Shown here: positions 53,716 through 64,000 of the stretch, piece after piece
Layout: every line of letters starts with the position of its first letter
Numbering within the stretch: position 1 is the first letter of the stretch
NCBI GenBank assembly: GCA_964106915.2
Contig: OZ066923.1
Reading direction: 5' to 3' (one strand)
Origin: Podarcis gaigeae
Taxonomy: Eukaryota
DNA length: 64,000 bases
The notes under the pieces: generated by a model
What the model saw: the letters and a program-made list of their open reading frames with translations, nothing else
The model's database searches: none
What the model was told of the DNA's origin: nothing
Translations under genes and position numbers: made by a program

Positions 53716-53757
<42 letters not shown>
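53716..53757. repeat. (TG)21 microsatellite
   Basis: Read directly from the sequence. Confidence 0.97.
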
Positions 53758-53761
<4 letters not shown>

Positions 53762-55591
53762 AGGCTATAGGTTTTGTACTTGTTCCCCATTTGTTTGATG
53801 AACTTAATAGCTCAAGATGGTGCCAATCACCCCCTGTAATTGAAAGGAACGATGCAGTAGAGATATGCTCAGTATGTACAATAGTAGGCTATATGCAGGG
53901 AGAGGTAAATGGTTACAGGCACACCGGTACAGCACACGGCACACCAGACAGCATAAAAAACCCGTGAGCTTAAATTTGAGTATTAAGCCAATGACAACAC
54001 AAGGAAACCTCCACACTTTCTGATTTTTACAACAGCATCCATTCTTGGCTAATGCAAGGATAGCTTTCATGAGGCAAACAAGTTTATTGGGCTGTTACAC
54101 CGCTGTTCCAACATTGTACAGCCAAGTATAAGCTTCAGCCAGCTTCCAGAGCTACGTGAATACAAGAAAGTTGTTCATTTTCCACAGCGAGCAAAGCTTG
54201 GATCTCCTTTCTGTTCCATTAGAATTGGCAGCCAGCAAGAGGCTCGACTGACCTAGCTGCCAAGCACCTACCAACCTTTGGCTGCCTGATACTCTGACCC
54301 TTCCACAACCTCTGAGAGTCACATTCGTAAGAACTCAGAGATGATTTCTCTCTCCCTCACACCCCAGCCATAAAGTTCAGGAAGCAAAGATACGTTACAG
54401 TCTCACAGCTGGCCTCTTCCACCTTATTTACAAGAGAGACCTGCCAAATCACAGTGGAACGGAAAGCTACCTGATGATACAACTCTGAAAAGCCCTCTTT
54501 GTTATACAGACTGGCTTCTGCTTATATCATGCACAAGTTTAAACATTTTTGTAGCACTTTTTGAGTCAATTCACATCAGGTAATATACTCGTTTTCTTCC
54601 CATCTATCACAATGCCCTTCCCAATGAAAGATTGGTACAAGCTCAGGGGACTCACATGCATGCTTGAAGTGAACTGATTAGAAAGGCAAGCTCTTAAATC
54701 CTTGTGGGATTATTCAGACACTTCAAGTCAGCCTTATATTATTGGAAAGAAACATGCCAGTTTCTGTAGTGGTACACTGGTTTGAGCTTTCAGCTTGGGC
54801 AATTTGGAGCCAAATCCCAGCTCAGTGCACTATACATTTGGAGAGATATCTACCTTAAACATCTGAACATTGGGGATAATGGTGACTTATCTCTCAGAGG
54901 ATTATAACAACCATATAGTGCCAAGATTCCCAACTGGAAACCTCAGCTATCTGTGCAGTTCTCTCTCTGGTGAGGCCCAGAACTGCAGTTTGGAGCACCT
55001 CACTGGGCAGCACAGGAGTATTCTCCTGCTTAGGACTATAGCTGCCTCCTTAGGCTGGCCACTAGGCCCTACTTCACAGGAGGAGGCATAAAAGACTTCC
55101 TGTTTGGGCTGAGACTTTGCCTAAGCAACTGCAGTCTACCTGGCTCTGGGGTATTTTTGTGTATTCCACAGCTCTGACTCAAGTTTCCCCTTCCTTTATG
55201 AGGCCTGCAAGCCCACAATTCTGAAAGTCTAAGCCTTCTGTTTCCCCAAAACAGGCCTTCCGACAACAGCAATGGGAAAAGACCAAAGGAAAGAGTTGCT
55301 CCCTGAGCCATCATTAGAAAGCTTTTACTAAAGACAAGTTTCCAGGGCCTTGTGGAATTATTGTTTGCCTGGTTGTCTGCAGTTTAGAAAGTAGTGATTA
55401 AAATCAGTGCAGTTTTGAAAAGTACAATCCACCTTCTTGATTCAAAAGAATGTCCAACTGTAGCCAGACACAGATGAAACTTGCTCCTTGATCTCTGAAA
55501 CCATCATGCAAAATTTGGTCATAACATTTAAGAGATGCCTAAATGCATAGTGAAGATATAAGCAACTTTCCAAAATATATAATAGATACAG

Positions 55592-55598
<7 letters not shown>

Positions 55599-55628
<30 letters not shown>
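55599..55628. repeat. (CA)15 microsatellite abutting a MITE TIR
   Basis: Read directly from the sequence. Confidence 0.95.
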
Positions 55629-55630
<2 letters not shown>

Positions 55631-55852
55631 GGTACTTGGGGTTAAGTACTTAATTTGTTCTAGAGGTCCATTCTTAACCTGAAACTGTTCTTAACCTGAA
55701 GCACCACTTTAGCTAATGGGGCACCACCGCAGCACGATTTCTGTTCTCATCCTGAAGCAAAGTTCTAAACCTGAAGCACTATTTCTGGATTAGTGGAGTC
55801 TGTAACCTGAAGCGTATGTAACCTGAAGCGTTTGTAACCCGAGGTACCACTG
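55627..55852. mobile_element. Tc1/mariner MITE
   Basis: CAGTGGTACTTGGGGTTAAG ... CCCGAGGTACCACTG|TA. The left end merges into a (CA)n run. Confidence 0.88.
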
Positions 55853-56895
55853 TACTTTAATTAGATTAAGTTTACAATCCTATGCACACTTACTCATGGA
55901 GCTTCTAGTAAGACATGCCTTGGTTGTGGCCACATATTAAAATAATAAAATCTCTAAGCAAGTGTAAAGCTCTGAGCTCTGCTTAAGTGAAGCCTTGTAT
56001 TATAAGATCAGATGCATCCCAGGTATATAGATGCATAAACCAATTGCAGGAAACGGAAGGGGGGCTGTCTCACTTTTCATTCATCCTTAAGGAAACACGA
56101 AAGCTTTTTGAGATGTTAAGCCAGCCACATAAGAGGGGAAAAGACACAGGCAGGCAACAAAATGTATCTGTTTCAAATTGTGACTCAGTTCATGTTATTT
56201 AACAGAATACTTTGTACACTGTAATTCATAAACTCTGCTTTTCAAACCCTTGCTGAGCAAATGGCAAGTTCAGTGTGCCTTTTGCTCTCCAGTATTCACA
56301 TTATGTAGGATCCCAGCAGTTCCACTTAAAATACAAGATAATTAAATAGATTCTCAGCAGTCGTGAGATATTTTTTTTTTAAGTAAGTAGCTGAAATCTT
56401 CAGTGTAGCAATCATGAACAACCTTTGAAGTCCCTATCTATCTCCAAGCCACAGGGAGAAAAGTACTGAATCATTTAAATCAATGAATGTTTTAAACTAC
56501 CTGGCATCAAGGTTGTGTTAGGGCCACATGCAATGTTAGTCCTACTTCACAGGACCCTTTGAAACTGATGGACATGACAAACTTGCCAATTAATTTCAAT
56601 GGGTCTACTCTGAGTACTACTAATATTGAATATAATCCCATAAACCTGGCCAGAATTTAACAATCACAACTACTAGCAGCAAGGCTGACATACCAGGGAC
56701 CAAATTTTCTCAAATATACAGTATGAAAACAATGAGATCTCAGTGAATGCAATAATATTTATGATAGCTCGCAGCTTTCTTTTTCATGAATTACTGACAG
56801 GCATTTAAGGATTTTTACAGCCAATATGCTATCAGTATATTTACAGCCAAACTACAGCCGAATAACACTATCTTGCTACATTTGTAGTACAGTAA

Positions 56896-57253
56896 GGGAC
56901 GCGGGTGGCGCTGTTGGTAAAACCTCAGCGCCTAGGACTTGCCGATCGCATGGTCGGTGGTTCGAATCCCTGCGGCGGGGTGCGCTCCCGTCGCTCGGTC
57001 CCAGCGCCTGCCAACCTAGCAGTTCGAAAGCACCCCCAGGTGCAAGTAGATAAATAGGGACCGCTTACCAGCGGGAAGGTAAACGGCGTTTCCGTGTGCT
57101 GCCCTGGCTCGCCAGATGCAGCTTCGTTACGCTGGCCACATGACCCGGAAGTGTCTGCAGACAGCGCTGGCTCCCGGCCTATAGAGTGAGATGAGCGCAC
57201 AACCCTAGAGTCTGTCAAGACTGGCCTGTACGGGCAGGGGTACCTTTACCTTT
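56896..57253 (+). mobile_element. Sauria SINE, full length
   Basis: Same subfamily as the 31520 copy. CpG-rich (young), with an ACCTTT tail and only a short TAAG direct repeat. Confidence 0.92.
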
Positions 57254-57914
57254 TAAGCCACCCCAAGAATGTTTATGCTGATGATGACATCTCTCTCTCG
57301 CTCAACTAAAATACAACACAAACAATGACATTTAATAGGTGTTGTTGAGGATTTGCTACAGAGAAATATATCATAAAACTGGAGAGTAAGTACATCCATT
57401 TTGTAGAATGAATTCTTTATTCTGCTCTTCAGAGGATCTGCTGTTTGTAATCTATTCACCATTTTAGGATGACTCAGGTAACTGTCTGTCTTGCAGTTCC
57501 GGCAGAACACCACAGGAAGGTGCTCGAACATCATGCTGCAACAGCAGAAAACAGCAGGCTTGACAGCTGATACTTCCCAGCAGTGTGTTACTGCAAATAA
57601 TCACTGTTCAGGCAGTGACACATCACACAACTGTTAATTGTGGTGTTGAGTGTCAGAAGAAAAAGAAAACGACACTAGCTGTCAAAATGATCCCAACCAG
57701 AGACAAGCATTGCTTAAACTGAGTCATCATTCATCCAACCCCACAGATTAGCTTTAGATCTCAGTTCAGATCCAGTGGTCCCTTTGAACAATAACTATAG
57801 GAGGCTTCCAATAAAAACCTCCTCCTACTGATGTGTATTATGTGCAGATTCACACTTAGTGGAAATCTGTGTTCGTCTCCATAAAGTGAGGCTTGGGCAA
57901 TAGGTTGTTGATTT

Positions 57915-57915
<1 letters not shown>

Positions 57916-57966
<51 letters not shown>
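57916..57966. repeat. (TAA)17 microsatellite at the tail of a minus-strand LINE 3' end (57970-58100)
   Basis: Perfect repeat directly followed by TTTATTTATACCCCGCCCTCCCC..CTCAGGGCGGCT. Confidence 0.95.
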
Positions 57967-57970
<4 letters not shown>

Positions 57971-58667
57971 TTTATTTATACCCCGCCCTCCCCAGCCAAG
58001 ACCAGGCTCAGGGCGGCTAACACCAGGTATAAAAACAATTGATTAAAATACAACTTAAAAACAAGATTAAAATACAACACTAAAATGCAGCCTCATTTCA
58101 GTAGAAACTCAAATCAAATAAAGTGAAGGGGCAAAAATCTGTCGCAGGGGGTAACCATATGACCTGAATAACTTGTACCTTTGATTGTAATGGTAAGACC
58201 TAAACATAAGAAGTGACCAAACATGCAAGAGTCTAGAATACATGACATTATTTTTTTCTCTCTCTTTGAATGTGGAAGAGGAAGACTCACTAAGATGACA
58301 GAAACCCACAGGTCTTTCATTGTGGCTGGCCCTGTTCTGTGTAACAATATTCCCACTGAGATACCACAGGTCGCTTATATCTATGCTTTATGTAAACAAT
58401 CAAAGGCATTTCAGCTTTTCTTGTACTCAGTTGTGCTGCTCTTAAAAGGTTCTCTTTTACTGTTTATAATGACACGTTAATGATAATGTTTAAGAACATG
58501 TCTATCAAATGCCCTGGGGCACATACATGGAAGGCAATTCACAAATTTTAATTAATTAGTTTTGTCATTGAGACATTCCAGCCAGATGCTGTCTGAAGGG
58601 CAAAAAGAGAGAATTCTTCGAAAAACAGTAGCCCATAGGTCCCAAGGCACCTGAACTCGAGTCAGAT

Positions 58668-59188
58668 TGTCAGGGACCGGCACAGCTCCAAAGAGTGCAG
58701 GGTGGAGGCAAGGGACCAGGGTAGTGACACAGGAAAGGGGACTAGTGATTTATGGGGTGTCACACCACCTGCAAGGCAGGAACCACGGGCAGTACAAGGC
58801 AGAGGAAGGCGCACAACATATAACAGAGGAAGAAAGGGGAGTTCAGGCAAGGGATGGGTCCATAGATTCCCCATCTTTCCCCACCTCACTGTCTCCTAGA
58901 ACCAGGAGGGGGTTGGAAAGGGAAGAGCAGTGGACGTCTGTGCAGAAGTCTCAGGTTGCAGGCACACAATTCATAAGAGGAGGGGATATAAACCAGGGGA
59001 GGGGAGGGGCCCAACTGTTGCTGCAACTGTTCCATGGGGCCCAGACCTATGGACAGCTGCCTAGACGATGGAAGCATGTTTATGTGTGTGTATCTAGAGC
59101 AATGTGGAAGCTGCTGTAAATTCTTCTCTTGCCAATAAAGTGCTAACTATTAGACACGTGTCTTCCTTATCTGGGATGAGCCATGACA
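58668..59188 (+). mobile_element. Probable solo LTR (Gypsy-like), 521 bp
   Basis: TGTCA...TGACA termini, purine/GC-rich body, TATAAA near 58987 and AATAAA at 59134-59139. No matching TSD. Confidence 0.65.
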
Positions 59189-60046
59189 TTAATTAGCAAT
59201 TGCAGTGGTCAGTTAATTGATGGAAAGAATGACTAAATCCAGTCACTTAAACAACCAACCCATGATATTACATGCACACCCCGCCAGTTGAATCAGGCCA
59301 GAACTGCATGTATAGCACCCATTCGCCTCTAGCTAAGGTTATTGTATAGAAACCTTTATGCCCCCTCTGTATGAGGGCAACATTAAGTAAGACAGACATC
59401 CTTTCAGTTAATCTACTGCAGGGGAAAGTATTTGCTACACCGTTAGTCAAGACATAATAAAGCAAACCATAGTGTATAGTCTTGACAGGTGGGAAGAAAA
59501 TAATCCAACTGGGCAGCAAATGCTAAATACTTCATTGTACTGATGTTAGTGGACATGGCAGTTCGCAAACAAGTCTTACTCACATATGCCATATTTAATT
59601 ACAAAACATGCCCACTGGGAAAGGTATGAAGTAAGTTAGTCCTCTGATGTTTGCTGCCAAGAGATGAAACTTTAATTCCTAGAACCTCTCAGCTAGGAAA
59701 TGGTAAAGGATGTAACTTGGGAGGGAGAAGTGAATAGTTTCTTTTCTGGTATGCCTGTTGTTAAGCAGCAAAAAAAAAAATGTGAATCCACCTTGGGAGG
59801 TGTAGCAGCAAAGTTTGCGAAAAAAAGCTATTGTGAAGGTGGGGGGAAGGATGTCCACCAAACTACAGGTCAATGGAACTTAGCATGAGTGTCAGAGCAC
59901 CCAGCAATGAACTAGAACAGAAAATCAATTCAATTCGTATACCTGTGGTTGGTGTGTGTGTGTTACAATTAGGGATTGAAATTTAGTTCAGCTCATATTT
60001 TAATGTGAACTTACCTACTTCACACTTCCTAAAACAAAATGCTGCT

Positions 60047-60102
60047 GTAGTTGTTTAGTCATCTCCGACTCTTCATGACCCCATGGACCAGAGCAGGCTA
60101 GC
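60047..60102 (-). mobile_element. RTE/BovB-like LINE extreme 3' end (56 nt)
   Basis: GTTGTTTAGTC..TCCGACTCTTCATGACCCCATGGACCAGAGC resembles the recalled BovB 3' terminus. TSD ATGCTGCT at 60039-60046 / 60103-60110. Confidence 0.72.
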
Positions 60103-61254
60103 ATGCTGCTATCCGTCAAAATTCACACATTTCCAAATTTTGTGATGCTATATTTTGGGTATCTGATCTAACGTTTAAAATTCATCTGTCTCTCTTTGAC
60201 CCCTCCTTTCCTTACATTCTGCAATTTACATCTCTTTCTTCTGTGGTTTTGTACTGAAACAAATCCAGACACAGATACTTTTAAAGTGATGCTTCCCCAA
60301 CAATATTAACAGGTTGGGTTAACCTCAACCAGATTAATTCTTATTTAGTTTGAAAATCTAATTAGCTTTTTGTTGGAGTTGAGGCAACAACTGTCTAAAC
60401 TTATTTTAACACAAATGTGGTAACCATTTAATTACCAAACAGTTCACATATAAATACAAGCTGCCCACTTTCATGGCATACAATTTTGCTTTCCTAAATA
60501 AAACAGATGTTTGCTAATTCACTGTGTCCATTTTTTTTTACTGTGATTATGAGGGATCCACAGCTGGCCTTCAGCAACTGTTCAATAAATGGTTCCTTGT
60601 TTGGATTTTTAGAAAACATATTATAGTACACCAAATTGTGGTGTGTTTACTCTGTTTGATGTACTAAAGAAATAATGACCTAAAAAGTAGGCCAACACTT
60701 AAGGCAATTCATTACCTTTGAATTCAATTCCGCAGACACAGACAAAGCACAACATTAGTAATGTGATCCTACTGGTATTTATATTAAAATCCACAGATTT
60801 TCCTTGCAGTATGCTTGTTGACTCTAGTAGTGGTTTAATTTATATGGGTAAGTGGATTGAAAAAAAAATATCATATTCACTTGTAGGCTTACAGCCTAAT
60901 TCTGAAATTATTTTGATGACACATTTTCAATTCTTAATGAGTAAAGCTAACTTACTCAAGAATCTAGGGCATTGCTGAATAACTATTTTGCTTACCACAG
61001 CCACCTTCTTTTCTATATGCACCTCTTTTAGTGTTAGACCGCACCACTCTTTCCCCCAAGAAGCTACATTTCTCTAAATCATTTTGATCATCATCAAACA
61101 TCAGTATATTAAACATTAGATTCAAGCTGTATTTTGCTCTATTATTTTTTTAAAATCCAGTTTAATCATTCAAACTAGACTCAATTGGGTCTAGTGGCTA
61201 GGTTGTTGGATAGAGACACCTAGGATCAATTCTATCTCACCCTTTCAGGACTCT

Positions 61255-61468
61255 CTAGGCAGATGCACAAATGTTGGACAAGGTCTGGGGAGACCTGGGT
61301 TCAAATTGCCATTCAATGATGTAGTTCATTGACAGACCTTGAGCAAATCGTCAACTGTCAACTTAACCTACTTTGCATGTTTGTTATGAGGAGAAAATGA
61401 GGAAGAGGATCATGTACGTGACCTTGGTCTCCAGGGAGAAAAGGTGGCATATACACATAATAAATAGA
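61255..61468 (+). mobile_element. Old tRNA-derived SINE with an L2-type tail
   Basis: B box GACCTGGGTTCAAAT, GACCTTGAGCAA core and an AATAAATA tail. A related minus-strand copy lies near 45895-46010. Confidence 0.55.
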
Positions 61469-62317
61469 TTGCACATCACTATTGACAAATAACCTTATTG
61501 TTTAAGTACTTTGAATACTAACATCATTTTCATCACATCAATTCAAAGCCAAATTAATTCAATTGGGCACTTTAACATTGGCTTAAAAAATCAATATAAG
61601 GTAAAATACATAAGTTTTAAGTGGTTTGTAGATTGCCGGTAGGTGGGATGAAAAAAAGATGTGGAAAGCAAGAAACAGTTCAACAAAGCCTTGGCACAGA
61701 TCCTGCATATGAAATTGTTACTTGAAAACATACGCAATTTTGATGTAGTTTGAGTTTTCTATTACACACATTGCAAGACTGATCTATTTGAATTTGGCTT
61801 TTGTCTGAATTCACAGAATTAGTAGAGATATGAGTTCACTGTAGTCCTCTTTTCACAAGCTGACTCTGAAAATAATGTTTCAATTTTCCTTTGCAGAACT
61901 AATTGGTTTATAATTACACAATTGTAACACACAAGTAATGAGATCCTACACCCTGATAGCTAAACACATTGAAGTATCTATCTATATCATCTACTCATAC
62001 TTTTGTTGCCGTTATTATTGTTGTTGTAAATAATGTCTTTGATTAGTCAACCTCTTATAATTGCTATTAGGGATCGTTAAGTATACAAACTGGAGACAAG
62101 AGGAGAAACAGATATAGATATAGATATACACATATAAGTATCTGTTTCCTTAATTGTTTCTCTATGTATATATTCCAGTTATTGCTATTCAGTTATTGCA
62201 TCAATTAAATTCCATACTTCTTTAATTAAAGCTCAACAGCTCAACGTTGTTTCAAAATATTTAATTCCAGGAGACTTTTAGAAAGATAAATTTTGGTTGA
62301 ATTTCTAAATGGTAGAA

Positions 62318-62530
62318 GGTTACATACGCTTCAAGTTACAGACTCCGCTAACCCAGAAATAGTACCTCAGGTTAAGAACTTTGCTTCAGGATGAGAACAG
62401 AAATCGTGCTCTGGCGGCGCGGCAGCAGCAGGAGGCCCCATAAGCTAAAGTGGTGCTTTAGGTTAAGAACAGTTTCAGGTTAAGAACTGACCTCCGGAAT
62501 GAATTAAGTACTTAACCCGAGGTACCACTA
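62318..62530. mobile_element. Tc1/mariner MITE lacking most of the left TIR
   Basis: Colinear with the 36838 copy from GGTTACATACGCTTC to CCCGAGGTACCACTA. Confidence 0.82.
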
Positions 62531-62534
62531 TACT

Positions 62535-62690
62535 ATGACAATGGAACGAACTTCCCAAGAGGATTGTAGACCCTGACTCACTGAAGGTCTTCTAGCAGAG
62601 GCTGGGCAGTCATCTTTTAGGGGTGCTCCAGCTCTGGATTTCCTGCATCAAGCAGTAGGTTGAACTAGATCAATGCTGTACCAAATATTT
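62535..62690 (+). mobile_element. CR1 3' fragment
   Basis: CAATGGAAC..CTTCCCAAGAG..GAAGGTCTT..GCAGAGGCTGG..GATTTCCTGCAT..GGTTGAACTAGAT. Confidence 0.65.
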
Positions 62691-63506
62691 CTCCCACATT
62701 TCTTTTTAATTAATGGACAAAGCTTGCATTCAAAACTCAACAAAGGGGAGAGAAAATTTGGATAAATTCTCATGGATGAGGTGCAGGGTTTTTGTTGTGC
62801 TTGCCTTCCATTCGAAGTAACAAAGACATTGTGAGTGTCCTTTCTTTTATTCTGCAACCAACTCTCCAGAGGTCTGCACCCTGCAGCTTTCCTGGGTGCC
62901 CACATTTCCTGAAACACCATGAAGTCCTCAGGTGATCTTTCCTTTAAAGAAGGTAGGGAGGCAGCCTACTGTGCACCCTTTTTTCAAAAGCAGAAATACT
63001 TTCTCAAAAGGTAAAAGGAAGGATTCCCCTTGAAAATAACGTACGTTCACTGATCTCAAATGCCCAGCAACCAGCCTCCCCAGATTACTGTGCTTCAGCT
63101 GAAACTCAGGGGACAGCATGGTGAGGTAACCCCTCCCGTGGAGTTTTTTCAAACTGGGCAGCTGGAAAGGCAACAGAAACGTTCACAGAAAAGAAAAACT
63201 ACATCACTCGTTGTCACTGCACAACAATAAAGAATGCTCAAGTCTACACAACATTCTGAAGAAATTCAAAAAAATGTGGAAGCCCCCTAAGAATGAAGGA
63301 CAGAAGTAGAGGCCTCTTTCACAGGGGAGGAAATCTTTTGAGAAACTGAATGGTGTGTTTCAGCATAGCACTAAACCAGGTGGCCTATAAGGCCCACTCC
63401 ATTATTATTGCGATTTGATACGAAGAGGCTTTTCCAAAGAGGAAACTTCTTTCCTGCAAGAGGATCTTTCCATTACAAGAAGATAACTTTTGGATGGAAT
63501 CCATTG

Positions 63507-63771
63507 TGTTATGTAGTGAAGTTTCACCCTGGGCCAGCAGGGGGATACTGTATATAGTTTTCACTCAGGTCTGTAGATAGTTTTCACTCAGGTCCACGTC
63601 AGTTATTTTTGGCGGGAACTCTGGGCTGTTGTTGCTACAATGTTGACAGCCGGCTGCCTATAAAAGCAGGCCGGCTGAGCTGTTTGCAGTCAGTTCTATT
63701 CCATCTTACAAAATAAAGAGCTACTTGGAGAAGTCGCTGTGTCGTCTACTATGTCAACCCACAACTTAACA
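63507..63771 (+). mobile_element. Solo LTR, 265 bp
   Basis: TGTTA...TAACA termini, perfect 5-bp TSD CATTG (63502-63506 / 63772-63776), TATAAAA at 63659-63665, AATAAA at 63712-63717, and a 23-bp internal tandem duplication at 63548-63594. Confidence 0.88.
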
Positions 63772-64000
63772 CATTGTTTCCTGATGTTTCACTCAATATT
63801 TTTGTAACTATTAAATCCATTTTTATTAATCTGGCGATTCTTCTTCCTTTAATGTAATTATACCACTCTGGTATCAAAACCCAAGCAAAGCAAACATGCC
63901 TACAGGAGAATGAATATACAGTCTATGAAGCAAGGTCTACCTTTCAGGTGATGGTCCCCACTTGGCTATGTGATTTACCCCATACTGAGTGCATTGGAAC

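Noticed and set aside
58667-59119. 150-aa ORF
   Set aside because: It lies within a probable solo LTR, has a non-ATG start and shows no protein motif.

Overview
This is eukaryotic vertebrate DNA, not prokaryotic. The repeat content (Podarcis-type Sauria SINEs, CR1/L2/BovB fragments, Tc1/mariner and hAT MITEs) points to a squamate, most likely a lacertid lizard. The whole window lies inside the neuron navigator 3 (NAV3) gene on the minus strand. Seven coding exons (equivalent to human exons 2-8) were found by reading the sequence: 49081-49198, 48407-48459, 30881-30953, 25248-25431, 16585-16653, 11922-12061 and 6483-7515. All have GT-AG boundaries and splice into one continuous frame encoding the calponin-homology domain, a Q-rich linker and the SxIP-rich microtubule-binding region. 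Exon 1 and exon 9 onward were not found and presumably lie outside the window. The rest is intron with many transposon relics and a 132-nt N gap. Best leads: (1) a TSD-flanked Penelope-type 90-bp inverted repeat at 47151-47373 carrying two back-to-back minimal type I hammerhead ribozyme motifs, one sense to the NAV3 pre-mRNA; (2) a TATA-driven candidate internal first exon just upstream of exon 5 that would give a CH-less NAV3; (3) a candidate 13-nt poison microexon 74 nt upstream of cassette exon 6; (4) tandem near-perfect hairpins in a SINE/MITE chimera; (5) a hairpin-associated templated-duplication scar at an LTR junction. Family names and exon numbers come from recalled consensus sequences, not database searches.
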